From NCBI GenBank assembly GCA_046734915.1, contig JBKPSC010000081.1:1-45029 (forward strand): a DNA stretch of 45,029 bases, in the 5' to 3' direction. Source of the stretch: Acidobacteriota bacterium (lineage in GTDB: Bacteria; Acidobacteriota; Vicinamibacteria; Vicinamibacterales; CAVVIG01). Within the stretch, counting starts at the first letter, position 1. Each line of letters opens with the position of its first letter. Under the pieces are notes generated by a model, which was given only the letters and a program-made list of their open reading frames with translations, was not told where the DNA came from and ran no database searches. This document shows positions 8,179 to 17,153 of this stretch, piece after piece. Made by a program: the position numbers and the translations under genes.

Positions 8179-10160
8179 CCCAATTTCTCGAGCTGTGCGT
8201 CCAGCAGCTTCTTGATTGCCGGCTGCGCGTCGCTGACAATGCGCGACGACACGCTGCTGGCGAGGTAGCGCAACCCGCTCGCGGCCTTGTCGAGCGTGCC
8301 CACCTCGACGTGCCTGAACGCCGAGACGTACTGGTTGACGAGCGACTGGCGGTGCGCGGTCGCCTCGGCCGATGCCACGAACGCCGAGTCCTTGAGGGTC
8401 ACGAGCGCCGTCTTCAGCGCGCCCCAGCCCAGGTCGATGACGATCGGCTTCACTTGCATGAGGTCGCCGGTAATCTGCGTCAGTCCGGCAACCTGTTGAA
8501 CGAAGTAGTCCTTGTCGAATCCGTCCGGGCCGGCTTCGGTGTCGACCTGTGCGTAGGTCTGTGTCCAGCCGCCCGGCCAGTCGCCGGCCAGGCCGATGCC
8601 TGGCAGCTTGAGGGAACGGCCGCGGTTCATCGGGCTCTTCACCGCGCCCATGAAGCCGCCGTTGACGCCAGGTCCGGTGTTCATCCCCGACTTGACGTCG
8701 ACCCTCGGCCAGCGATTGTCGGTCGCCGCCCGCGCGATCGTCTCAATGAGCCAGATGTTGTTGTTGTGCACGTCCATCAGGCTGGTGATGACGCCGCCGT
8801 CCTCGGGCCGCTCGCTCGAATAGACGTACTGATTGCCGCCGGGACCGGTTTCGATCGTCTGTCGGCCGCCCATGTGCTCCATACCGAGCGTCGCCACGAG
8901 CGGCTTCACCCGATCCGGATGGACGTGGTAGTAGTCGAACTCTTCCCAGCTGCCCTCGCCGCCGGGCATGAAGTGCCGGCAATCGAAGTAGCAGGCGAGC
9001 GTGCGCGGCCGCTGCGCGCGCGGGATCTTGTTGAAGTACGCCATGATGCCGAGCAGACCGAACGCGCCGTTCTCCTCGATCATCGACATCGCATCGGTGT
9101 GGGTGGCCAGCAACAGTTGTTCGTCCTGAGGCGTGCCGTAGTTTTTCCCCGGCACGTAGGCGATGAACGCCTTGGCCGAGTCGCGCTGGAAGCGGGCGGT
9201 CAACGTGAGCGTCGCGTTCTTGCCGGCCTTCGCGTCCGCCAGAACCTTCGCGCCGTTGACCCGATCGAGCGTCAGCGTCGGGCAGTTAATGTACTTGGCG
9301 CCGACCCCGGCGCGGCCGTCGGCCGTGTAAACGCTGCGCTGGGTGAGGCCAAAGGCTGCGCCCGGCGAAAGGTCATAGACGATGACGATGCCTGCGGCGC
9401 GTGACTTGAGGCCGATCGACGCGAAGCCGCCCACCTGGCTCCAGACCCAGCGCGATTGGTAAGAGTTGGTGACGTTGGCCGGCGGCGGCGTGAAGAACGG
9501 CGCCCACTTGCCTGGCGATCGCCATTCGTAGTCGGTGAGCGTGTAGTTGTCGAGGAACGAGTTCGAATACGGCGGCGCCGGTTGCGGCGCCGTCTGGAAC
9601 ACCAGAATCTTGCCGGCGATGTCCGCCGCCGCCGGTGGCCGCGCCGGATCGTAGAAGATCATCGGCGCGGTGATCCCCTCGGGCGGCGTCGATCCCGAGG
9701 TCATCCCGTACGACGCGACGACCGGCACCGGCGTCCCGTCGGTGACAAGCTTCTCGACCGCGACTCCCGAGTTGTGGATGTGCGCCTTTCGATCCGGCCA
9801 GTCGTCGACGATGTAGTGGTCATAGGAGATGTCGACCGAGTCGAAATCGACGCCGCCGAATTCGGGAATCTTCGCGATGACGTAATCCGTGAACTTCTTC
9901 CAGCCGGTGCTGCCGGCATAGGTAGGGCCGGCCTGGGCCTTGAACAGATGCCACTCGCGCGCCTGCTGGGGCGTGATCATGAACGCCGGATTGATCCTGG
10001 AAAGCGCGCCGCCGGCGCCGCCGACGGCCGAGCTGCCAGCGCGACTGCTCTGTGCCCAGAGCGGGCGCCGCGTCAGTACCGTGCCAGCCGCAACGCCTGC
10101 CGCCGTCTTGAGAAATGTCCTCCGGGAAGACCTGCCCGAGCCGCTTCGAGATTTGCTCAT
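8175..10160 (-). CDS. Tat-exported 661-aa protein of unknown function (possible PA-domain / M28-like fold)
   Basis: Near-consensus Tat motif SRRTFLKTAAG. It is a long ORF and the only frame here without Arg/Pro-rich shadow composition. LLLATHTDAMSMIEENGAFG loosely recalls the HxD...(D/E)N.SG pattern of M28 peptidases. Confidence 0.75.
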   Translation of the reverse strand: MSKSRSGSGRSSRRTFLKTAAGVAAGTVLTRRPLWAQSSRAGSSAVGGAGGALSRINPAFMITPQQAREWHLFKAQAGPTYAGSTGWKKFTDYVIAKIPEFGGVDFDSVDISYDHYIVDDWPDRKAHIHNSGVAVEKLVTDGTPVPVVASYGMTSGSTPPEGITAPMIFYDPARPPAAADIAGKILVFQTAPQPAPPYSNSFLDNYTLTDYEWRSPGKWAPFFTPPPANVTNSYQSRWVWSQVGGFASIGLKSRAAGIVIVYDLSPGAAFGLTQRSVYTADGRAGVGAKYINCPTLTLDRVNGAKVLADAKAGKNATLTLTARFQRDSAKAFIAYVPGKNYGTPQDEQLLLATHTDAMSMIEENGAFGLLGIMAYFNKIPRAQRPRTLACYFDCRHFMPGGEGSWEEFDYYHVHPDRVKPLVATLGMEHMGGRQTIETGPGGNQYVYSSERPEDGGVITSLMDVHNNNIWLIETIARAATDNRWPRVDVKSGMNTGPGVNGGFMGAVKSPMNRGRSLKLPGIGLAGDWPGGWTQTYAQVDTEAGPDGFDKDYFVQQVAGLTQITGDLMQVKPIVIDLGWGALKTALVTLKDSAFVASAEATAHRQSLVNQYVSAFRHVEVGTLDKAASGLRYLASSVSSRIVSDAQPAIKKLLDAQLEKLG

Positions 10161-10262
10161 GTGACTCCCCTGCTCGTCGCAGGAGGATAGCCCCGAAGGG
10201 CGTCCGGTGCCACCGATTTTCTAGCGCCGGCGCTGTCCAGGGTCAGAGCTCTGCGGCCGGCT

Positions 10263-10580
10263 TCAAACGGGGGCGACCACGACCGCGGTGCCGTAGCAGA
10301 GCACTTCGGTGACGCCGCCCATGACCTCGGTGGCATCGTAGCGGATGCCGATGACCGCGTTGGCCCCGTGCTGTCTGGCGTGGTCGAGCATCAGCTGGAA
10401 GGCGTCTTCTCGAGTGCGCTCGCAGAGCTGGGTGAAGAGCGTGATGTTGCCGCCGACGAGAGTCTGGAGGCCCGCGCCGATCGTGCCGATCACGGAGCGC
10501 GAGCGCACGACGACGCCCCGGACAACGCCTTTCGTTTCGACGATTCGATAACCGTCCAGCGTGAAAGCCGTGGTCGTCAT
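10263..10580 (-). CDS. YbjQ family (UPF0145) protein
   Basis: ATG at 10580. The 105-aa sequence MTTTAFTLDGYRIVETKGVVRGVVVRSRSV...GANAVIGIRYD matches the YbjQ pattern and length. Confidence 0.8.
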   Translation of the reverse strand: MTTTAFTLDGYRIVETKGVVRGVVVRSRSVIGTIGAGLQTLVGGNITLFTQLCERTREDAFQLMLDHARQHGANAVIGIRYDATEVMGGVTEVLCYGTAVVVAPV

Positions 10581-10621
10581 GTCGTGTTTCACGGGGCAGC
10601 TCCCCGGCGCGGTCGCCGCGC

Positions 10622-11290
10622 TCAAAATGTGTAGGCAATCCGGATGATCGGGACCGGAAATACCTCCGTCCCCGCGAATGTCGCGCCCAATGCTAGATCA
10701 ACGGACGCGTTCCGGCGGATGAGCCGAATGCCGCCGTTCACCATGCCACCCCCGGCCGACAAGTAGTTTTCGGTGAGAAGCTTCACTCGTGGGCTCACGC
10801 GTTTTTCGCCGCCGATGAGAACAAGGGCAGCGCCGGTGTGGTCGCCGGCGTGGTAGGTGCGCCCAACGCCCAGGGTGACGGCGCCGTCAGCCGTACCGCG
10901 GGTCATCACGGCGTACGCGATGCCCGAGGCGTCGCCGTGCACTTGAATATGTAGCAGGCCAACGGAAGCCTGGGTCCGCTCGCCGCGGAAGATCTGCGCC
11001 TTCGGCGTCAGCCAGAAGACCTCGCCGGGACTGACTCCCGGAATAATCAGCGGCGTCCCCGCTCCTATGGAGATTCGATCCGTGATGCCGATCTGCACGA
11101 AGGGCACGCTTACGCCAAAGCTGTCGATGTACACCTCTCCCCGATCGAGCGATCGGGCCGTTGGTCCGATGATGAGCCGTGTCGGATTCGGGTCCTCCGG
11201 CCACTCCCCACTGCAACTATCGGGCGGCGCGGCGGCTGCGATGGCCGAGGTGAGGCAGGAGGCGAAGACAAGCAGGGCGATACGCGGCAT
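10622..11290 (-). CDS. Outer-membrane beta-barrel-like hypothetical protein
   Basis: Signal peptide MPRIALLVFASCLTSAIAAAAP. Alternating hydrophobic pattern and C-terminal ...IIRIAYTF (terminal Phe). Confidence 0.6.
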   Translation of the reverse strand: MPRIALLVFASCLTSAIAAAAPPDSCSGEWPEDPNPTRLIIGPTARSLDRGEVYIDSFGVSVPFVQIGITDRISIGAGTPLIIPGVSPGEVFWLTPKAQIFRGERTQASVGLLHIQVHGDASGIAYAVMTRGTADGAVTLGVGRTYHAGDHTGAALVLIGGEKRVSPRVKLLTENYLSAGGGMVNGGIRLIRRNASVDLALGATFAGTEVFPVPIIRIAYTF

Positions 11291-11345
11291 GGCAGGACTC
11301 CTTTCTATTTCGAGGCTACGAGCCCCGCCTTGGAGAGTCCTGACC

Positions 11346-12758
11346 CTAACTCTGAGGAACGCTGATGCCTTTCGGATCGGGGGCCGCGACGGACACGCCT
11401 ATGAAGACCGCGGTTGCGGCGGCGAGGGCAGGAATCCATGACGTGTCTTCGAACCCGCGGACGAAGGAGAGCCCGAAGTTCAGCGGAAAGCCAACGAGAA
11501 TGCTGGCCATCGCGGCCGCGCTAGTGGCGCGTTTCCAATAAAGCCCGCCGATCACCGCCGGCAGCAGGATGCCTGAACCCCACAGTGCCGTCTGGATCAG
11601 GCTGATGATCTGCGGCTGCCAATAGGCGATGACGAGCCCGGCCGCCCCCACGACCCACGTCAACCGTCGGGTCGCCTGTAGAAGGTTTGGGATCCCCTCC
11701 AGATCATCATGATCGGTGTAAAGAATCTCCGTCAGCAGCACCGCCACTGCGACCATGAGCATGGTGTTGGCCGTCGACATGATTGCGGCGAACAGGCCCA
11801 CGATCGCCAGACCGACGAGGCCCGACGGCAGTGACGTCTGAATCAGCCGATAGAGGACGTGATTCGACGGCGTGTCGGCCGGCAACGAGGCCGCTGCCAC
11901 CAGGCCGAGGACGACCGTCCCGGCAAAGAACAGCGCGTTGAGCACGCCCGAAAGGAGGAACGCCCGCTGTGCCGCCGGTGTGTCGATTGCAGCGTCAACG
12001 CGCTGCCAGTTCTCCATGGCCGGGAGGCCCAGCAACGCCCCGGTGCCGATCCCGAGCCACACGAAGGTCGGACCCGCGAACGTGTAGGGATTCGTGAGCG
12101 AGTCCCACCGACCTTGTGCCTGCAGCGCCTGAACGATGCCGCCGAACCCGCCGCTCCGGTAGACCTCGATGACGACGCCGGCGACGATCGTCACGACCAT
12201 CGCCCAGAAGTGCATGACGTCGGTGTACATGTCGCTGCGAATCCCCGCTCCGGCGGTCATCCAGATCACGAGCACTGCGGCGACGAGGCCGGCGAGACGC
12301 GCATCCCATCCGCCCCACACTTCGAGGATGCCGCCGAGTGCCTTGAACTGAGCAGCGAGATAGAAGAAATACAGAAAGGCGATCGCCGCGCCCACGGCGA
12401 TAGCCACGCTCCGCGAATAGCGACGGCGGAAGAACTCGGAGAACGACGATCGATCGCCTGACGGCGCAATTGATCGCACCCGGGCGGTGATGGCGGCCAT
12501 GACCGCGAACCCAATCATGACGCCCACGCCGTAGGTCAGGCCCAGGCCTATGCCCGAGTGCATGGTCGCTCCCGCGGTGCCAACGATGGTGCCGGCGCCG
12601 ACGTTGGTCGACACGACGGTGAACACCAGGAAGCCGAGACCGATGCTGTTCTTGGAGGTCAGCCAACCGGAGAGGTCCACGCGGCCGGCCCAGTACCGGT
12701 TGACGACCACGACACCCAGCAGATACGCGGCGATGACCGTTACGTCGAGCAGCGTCAC
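11346..12758 (-). CDS. Sodium:solute symporter (SSS) family transporter
   Basis: GTG at 12758. 470 aa and polytopic. AGAGIRSDMYTDVMHF resembles the SSS signature region. It lies 9 nt downstream of the ABC permease gene. Confidence 0.8.
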   Translation of the reverse strand: MTLLDVTVIAAYLLGVVVVNRYWAGRVDLSGWLTSKNSIGLGFLVFTVVSTNVGAGTIVGTAGATMHSGIGLGLTYGVGVMIGFAVMAAITARVRSIAPSGDRSSFSEFFRRRYSRSVAIAVGAAIAFLYFFYLAAQFKALGGILEVWGGWDARLAGLVAAVLVIWMTAGAGIRSDMYTDVMHFWAMVVTIVAGVVIEVYRSGGFGGIVQALQAQGRWDSLTNPYTFAGPTFVWLGIGTGALLGLPAMENWQRVDAAIDTPAAQRAFLLSGVLNALFFAGTVVLGLVAAASLPADTPSNHVLYRLIQTSLPSGLVGLAIVGLFAAIMSTANTMLMVAVAVLLTEILYTDHDDLEGIPNLLQATRRLTWVVGAAGLVIAYWQPQIISLIQTALWGSGILLPAVIGGLYWKRATSAAAMASILVGFPLNFGLSFVRGFEDTSWIPALAAATAVFIGVSVAAPDPKGISVPQS

Positions 12759-12767
12759 GTGGATCCT

Positions 12768-14327
12768 TTACTGAGTCCGCTCACTTACCTGCGGGAGATC
12801 GGGCACGTTCGCGTTCAGGAAGTCTCGCGCCGCGGCCGCCGGATCTTTCTCGCGCCCATCGACTGCCGCGTTCATCGCCTGCATGTCTCGGGCGGAGATG
12901 CGGCCAGCCAGTTTGAGGATGGCTTCTCGAACCTCCGGGTAACGCAACAGCGTATCGCTGCGGGCGACAGGAACCGCATCGTACGGAGGAAAGTAGAGCC
13001 GATTGTCGTCGAGTTGAACGAGGTCGAGGCTGTGAATCAGGCCAGCCGTGGCATCGCCGGCGATCAAGTCCACCTGGCCCGAAGCCAGAGCGCGGTAGGT
13101 GAGCGTCAGATCCATCGCGCGGGGCGGCTCGGCGAAACGGAGCCCGTAGGTGCGGGCGAGCCCGTCATAACCGTCCGGCCGCTGAAGGAACTCGTAGCCG
13201 AATCCGGCATGCCAGCGCGGTGCCTCGCGCGCCGCGTCCTCGATGGTGCGCAGGTTTCGCGCGCGGGCATCCTGGCCGCGGACGAGGATCGCGAAGGAGT
13301 TGTTGAATCCGAGCGCCGGTAAGAGCGATCGGCTGGTCCGCGCGTATTCGTCACGGACCGTATCGAGCGCCTGCTTCGGGTCCGTGACGACGGGCTTGCC
13401 GAAGATGGCGGTGAGCGCCGTGCCGGTGTACTCCACATAGACATCGATATCGCCCGTGGCCAGTGCCCGATCGCAGATGAGTGTCCCGCCGAGGTTCAGG
13501 CGCCGGTCGACGATAAAGCCTGTAGAACGCTCGATGGTTTGTGCCAGGAGCTCACCAAGGATGATCTGTTCGGTCGTGTTCTTCGAGCCAACGGTGATTC
13601 TCGAACCGGAACGAATCGCAAAGACCCCGCCGCCGAGGAGCGCGGTGATGAGCAGCGCGGCCACCAGGGCGGGAACGAACCGGGATCGCGCCTGACGGCG
13701 CGGCGCGAGCCACCGCCCGACCCACCACAGACCGCCGTCCACGGCGAGCGCCAGACACGAGGCTGGGATCGCACCGGCGAGGATGACGGTGGAATCGACC
13801 ATCGACAGACCGCGATAGATGAACTCGCCGAGCCCGCCGGCGCCAATTGCGGCGGCAATCGTCGCCGAGCCGACTCCGGTGACGGCCGCAACGCGAATCC
13901 CGGCGACGATCGACGGCATGGCGAGCGGCAGGTCGATGTCGCGCAGCAGCTCGTAAGAGCTCATTCCCATCGCCGTGGCCGCTTCGCGCACCGAAGCGTC
14001 GATGCCGGCGAAGCCTGCGATCGTCGTGCGCACGATCGGCAGCAGGCCGTAAAGGATGAGCGCGGTGACCGCCGCCTTGGCGCCGACACCGCCGACGAGC
14101 GGCAGCGGCAGCAGGAAGCCGAACATCGCCAGGCTGGGAACAGTCTGGAACACGCTGGCGATCGACACGAGCGGTGCGCTGATGCGCGGCCGTCTGGCGG
14201 CGAGAATACCAATCGAGACGCCGACGATGGTGGCCGCGGCCGTGGCGGCCGCGACCAGCAGCACGTGTACGATCAGGGCCTGCCCGACCTCGAACCGGTG
14301 CGCTGCCCAGAACCTGATGACCGACAT
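12768..14327 (-). CDS. Osmoprotectant (glycine betaine/choline type) ABC transporter, fused permease + substrate-binding protein
   Basis: The N-terminal half has a BPD-type permease EAA region (ASVREAATAMGMSSYELLRDIDLPLAMP). The C-terminal half, ITVGSKNTTEQIILGELLAQ...DIDVYVEYTGTAL, is typical of OpuBC/OpuCC/YehZ binding proteins. Confidence 0.85.
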   Translation of the reverse strand: MSVIRFWAAHRFEVGQALIVHVLLVAAATAAATIVGVSIGILAARRPRISAPLVSIASVFQTVPSLAMFGFLLPLPLVGGVGAKAAVTALILYGLLPIVRTTIAGFAGIDASVREAATAMGMSSYELLRDIDLPLAMPSIVAGIRVAAVTGVGSATIAAAIGAGGLGEFIYRGLSMVDSTVILAGAIPASCLALAVDGGLWWVGRWLAPRRQARSRFVPALVAALLITALLGGGVFAIRSGSRITVGSKNTTEQIILGELLAQTIERSTGFIVDRRLNLGGTLICDRALATGDIDVYVEYTGTALTAIFGKPVVTDPKQALDTVRDEYARTSRSLLPALGFNNSFAILVRGQDARARNLRTIEDAAREAPRWHAGFGYEFLQRPDGYDGLARTYGLRFAEPPRAMDLTLTYRALASGQVDLIAGDATAGLIHSLDLVQLDDNRLYFPPYDAVPVARSDTLLRYPEVREAILKLAGRISARDMQAMNAAVDGREKDPAAAARDFLNANVPDLPQVSERTQ

Positions 14328-14328
14328 G

Positions 14329-15087
14329 TCAGTGGATGAGCGGCCCTGGCGAGCTCACACGATGCAAGCTCTTGAGCAGGCGGCGTACGTCCTCCGAGGC
14401 GTCGTCGAGAATGCGTTCCGGTGGTCCGAAAGCCACTGCCCGTCCCGCCTCGAGCACAGCCATCTGGTCGGCAAACGCCGCCGCCTCGGGGATATCGTGC
14501 GACACGAGGATGATCGTCTTGCGGAGCCGCCGCTGAATGTTCCGCAGCTCGTCCTGGAGCTCGGCGCGCGTCAGCGGATCGAGCGCGCCGAATGGCTCGT
14601 CCATCAGGAGGATCGGCGGATCGACCGCCAGCGCTCTGGCGATGCCGACGCGTTGACGCTGTCCGCCCGAGAGCTCATGAGGCCAGCGGTCGCCGAAGCG
14701 GCCGCGCGAAAGTCCGATCAGATCGAACAGCTCATCTACACGTGCGTCGACGCGCGCCCGTTCCCAACCTTCCAGACGTGGCACTGTCGCCATGTTGTCC
14801 GCCACCGTGCGATGGGGAAAGAGTCCACCTTCCTGGATGACGTAGCCAGCGGATCGACGAAGCCGTATCAGATCCCATTCGCGGACATCGCGGCCGCCGA
14901 CGAGCACCGAGCCAGACACCGCGTCGAGCAGACGATTGACCAACTTCAGCGCCGTGGTCTTCCCGGCGCCGCTTCGGCCGACCAGCGCGAGACACTGGCC
15001 AGCGGCGACGGCGATTGTCAGGCCGTCGAGGACGGGCGTCTTGCCATCTCGGGTGTAGGAAACCCCGCGGAACTCGATTGAGGCCAT
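14329..15087 (-). CDS. ABC transporter ATP-binding protein (osmoprotectant system)
   Basis: Walker A GRSGAGKTT, signature LSGGQRQRVGIARAL, Walker B ILLMDEP. The stop lies 1 nt before the permease ATG. ATG at 15087 is preferred over TTG at 15099. Confidence 0.9.
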   Translation of the reverse strand: MASIEFRGVSYTRDGKTPVLDGLTIAVAAGQCLALVGRSGAGKTTALKLVNRLLDAVSGSVLVGGRDVREWDLIRLRRSAGYVIQEGGLFPHRTVADNMATVPRLEGWERARVDARVDELFDLIGLSRGRFGDRWPHELSGGQRQRVGIARALAVDPPILLMDEPFGALDPLTRAELQDELRNIQRRLRKTIILVSHDIPEAAAFADQMAVLEAGRAVAFGPPERILDDASEDVRRLLKSLHRVSSPGPLIH

Positions 15088-15171
15088 CAGCTCTCGCAAG
15101 ACTAGCCCAGCGCGGCCGTGTTGTCTCGCGTAGCATTGGTGAGACGACCGCGTCGCGTGTGAGGCCGCGCC

Positions 15172-16851
15172 ATGCCCGAGACCAACCCTGTGCTACCGCC
15201 GGTGACTCCGTCACACACGGCGCTGATGTTCCCGACGTTAACGCCGGCACAAGTCGCGCGAATCGCCGGGCACGGACGGGAACGGCGGATCGGGCAGGGC
15301 GAAATTCTCGTTGACGCCGGCGATCCGGTCGTGCCGTTTTTCGTTGTGACGGCAGGGCAACTCGAGGTGATCCGCCCGGGTGCATCCCTCGAGACGATGG
15401 TCGCCGTGCACGGACCCGGGCAGTTCACCGGCGAAGTCAACATGCTGCTCGGCCGGCGGGCTTTGATGCGCACCCGCGTGAGCCAGGACGGCACGGTGGT
15501 GGAGTTGCCGCGCGAGCGGCTGCTCGGCCTGATTCAAACGGACACGGAAATCAGCGAGATCCTGATGCGCGCCTTCATCTACCGGCGCATCGAGCTCATC
15601 GCCCACGGGATCGGCGACGTCGTCCTCGTCGGTTCGATGCATTCGGCCGCGACGCTCAGGGTCAAGGAGTTTCTGACCAGGAACGGTCATCCGTTCGCCT
15701 ACATCGATCTCGATCGCGACGCTGACGTCCAGGCCCTGCTCGATCGATTTCAGATCGCCGCCGCCGAGGTGCCGGTGCTCATCTGCGGCGACAGCATGGT
15801 GCTGCGCAACCCGACGAACGAAAACATCGCCGAATGCCTCGGGTTCAATGCGTCAGTCGACCGCACGCACGTCCGCGATGTGCTGGTGATCGGCGCCGGA
15901 CCGTCAGGACTGGCGGCGGCGGTCTACGCCGCGTCCGAGGGTCTGGACGTTCTCGTGCTCGAGTCGAACGCACCCGGAGGGCAGGCTGGTGCGAGCTCGC
16001 GAATCGAGAACTATCTCGGGTTCCCCACGGGCGTTTCGGGCCAGGACCTCGCCGGGCGTGCGTTGACGCAGGCGCAGAAATTCGGCGCCGAGATCATGGT
16101 TGCCGCGGGGGCGACCGCACTTGCCTGCGATCGGAAGCCGTACCGCGTGCGCGTCGGCGACGGACAGTCGATTCCGGCACGGACGGTCGTAATCGCGACG
16201 GGCGCCGAATACCGCCGGCCGGCGATCGACGACCTGGCGAGGTTCGAGGGAGCCGGCGTGTACTACGGCGCGACGTTTCTCGAAGCCCAGTTGTGCAGCG
16301 GTGAGGACGTGATCATCGTCGGAGGCGGGAACTCGGCCGGACAAGCCGCGGTCTTCCTGTCTCAGACCGCCCGTCACGTTCACATACTGGTGAGGTCGGC
16401 GGGCCTGGCTGAGAGCATGTCGCGATATCTCATCCGGAGAATCGAGGAAAGCCCGGCGATCGAGTTGAAGACGTGCACCGAGATTATCCGCCTCGACGGC
16501 GAGGTCCATCTGGAGCGGGTGACGTGGCGTGACAATCGGACCGGCACCGTCGACGCCCGTGACGTCCGCCACGTCTTCATGATGACGGGCGCCGTGCCGA
16601 ACACCTCGTGGGTCCGTGACTGCCTCGCGCTCGACGCCAATGGATTCGTCAAGACCGGATTCGACCTCACGCGAGACGAACTGACGCGCGCGCACTGGCC
16701 GCTGATTCGGCCGCCTCACCTCCTCGAAACGAGCCTGCCTGGCGTGTTTGCGGTCGGGGACGTGAGGGGCGGCAACGTGAAGCGCGTCGCATCAGCGGTC
16801 GGTGAAGGCTCGATCGCGATTTCGTTCGTGCATCGCGTGCTGACGGAGTAA
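15172..16851 (+). CDS. Cyclic-nucleotide-binding domain / glutaredoxin-like domain / thioredoxin-reductase-like FAD oxidoreductase fusion
   Basis: The N-terminal domain is CNB-like (GQFTGEVNMLLGRRALMRT). VLVIGAGPSGLAAA and VIIVGGGNSAGQAA are GxGxxG motifs. GVFAVGDV is present near the C-terminus. The TrxR CATC position reads ATFL. Confidence 0.85.
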   Translation: MPETNPVLPPVTPSHTALMFPTLTPAQVARIAGHGRERRIGQGEILVDAGDPVVPFFVVTAGQLEVIRPGASLETMVAVHGPGQFTGEVNMLLGRRALMRTRVSQDGTVVELPRERLLGLIQTDTEISEILMRAFIYRRIELIAHGIGDVVLVGSMHSAATLRVKEFLTRNGHPFAYIDLDRDADVQALLDRFQIAAAEVPVLICGDSMVLRNPTNENIAECLGFNASVDRTHVRDVLVIGAGPSGLAAAVYAASEGLDVLVLESNAPGGQAGASSRIENYLGFPTGVSGQDLAGRALTQAQKFGAEIMVAAGATALACDRKPYRVRVGDGQSIPARTVVIATGAEYRRPAIDDLARFEGAGVYYGATFLEAQLCSGEDVIIVGGGNSAGQAAVFLSQTARHVHILVRSAGLAESMSRYLIRRIEESPAIELKTCTEIIRLDGEVHLERVTWRDNRTGTVDARDVRHVFMMTGAVPNTSWVRDCLALDANGFVKTGFDLTRDELTRAHWPLIRPPHLLETSLPGVFAVGDVRGGNVKRVASAVGEGSIAISFVHRVLTE

Positions 16852-16853
16852 CC

Positions 16854-17132
16854 ATGAAGACCACGACGCCAACGAACTGCAAACACATCGCGGCGCTGCC
16901 GGCGGTCAAGCCACCGCATCAGCACGTCTGCGACGAGTGCATCAAGATTCACGCCCGATGGGTCCATCTCCGGACGTGCCAGGAATGTGGCGCCACGCTC
17001 TGCTGCGACAGCTCACCCAATCGGCACGCGTCGAAGCACGCGCGAGCGAGCGGGCACCCGGTGATTGCGTCGGCAGAGCCCGGCGAACGCTGGGTCTTCT
17101 GCTTCTCCGACGACGAGTTCGCGGAATACTGA
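16854..17132 (+). CDS. UBP-type zinc-finger domain protein
   Basis: 92 aa. The Cys/His pattern is CKH...CDEC...HLRTCQECGATLCCDSSPNRHASKHARASGH. It starts 2 nt after the previous stop. Confidence 0.8.
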   Translation: MKTTTPTNCKHIAALPAVKPPHQHVCDECIKIHARWVHLRTCQECGATLCCDSSPNRHASKHARASGHPVIASAEPGERWVFCFSDDEFAEY

Positions 17133-17153
17133 CATCACTGAAGGCAGGTTGCC

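Noticed and set aside
10223-10234. The perfect 12-nt palindrome agcgccggcgct downstream of ybjQ as a terminator.
   Set aside because: It has no loop and no adjacent T-run on the relevant (minus) strand. GC-rich 12-mers of this type are expected by chance in this composition.
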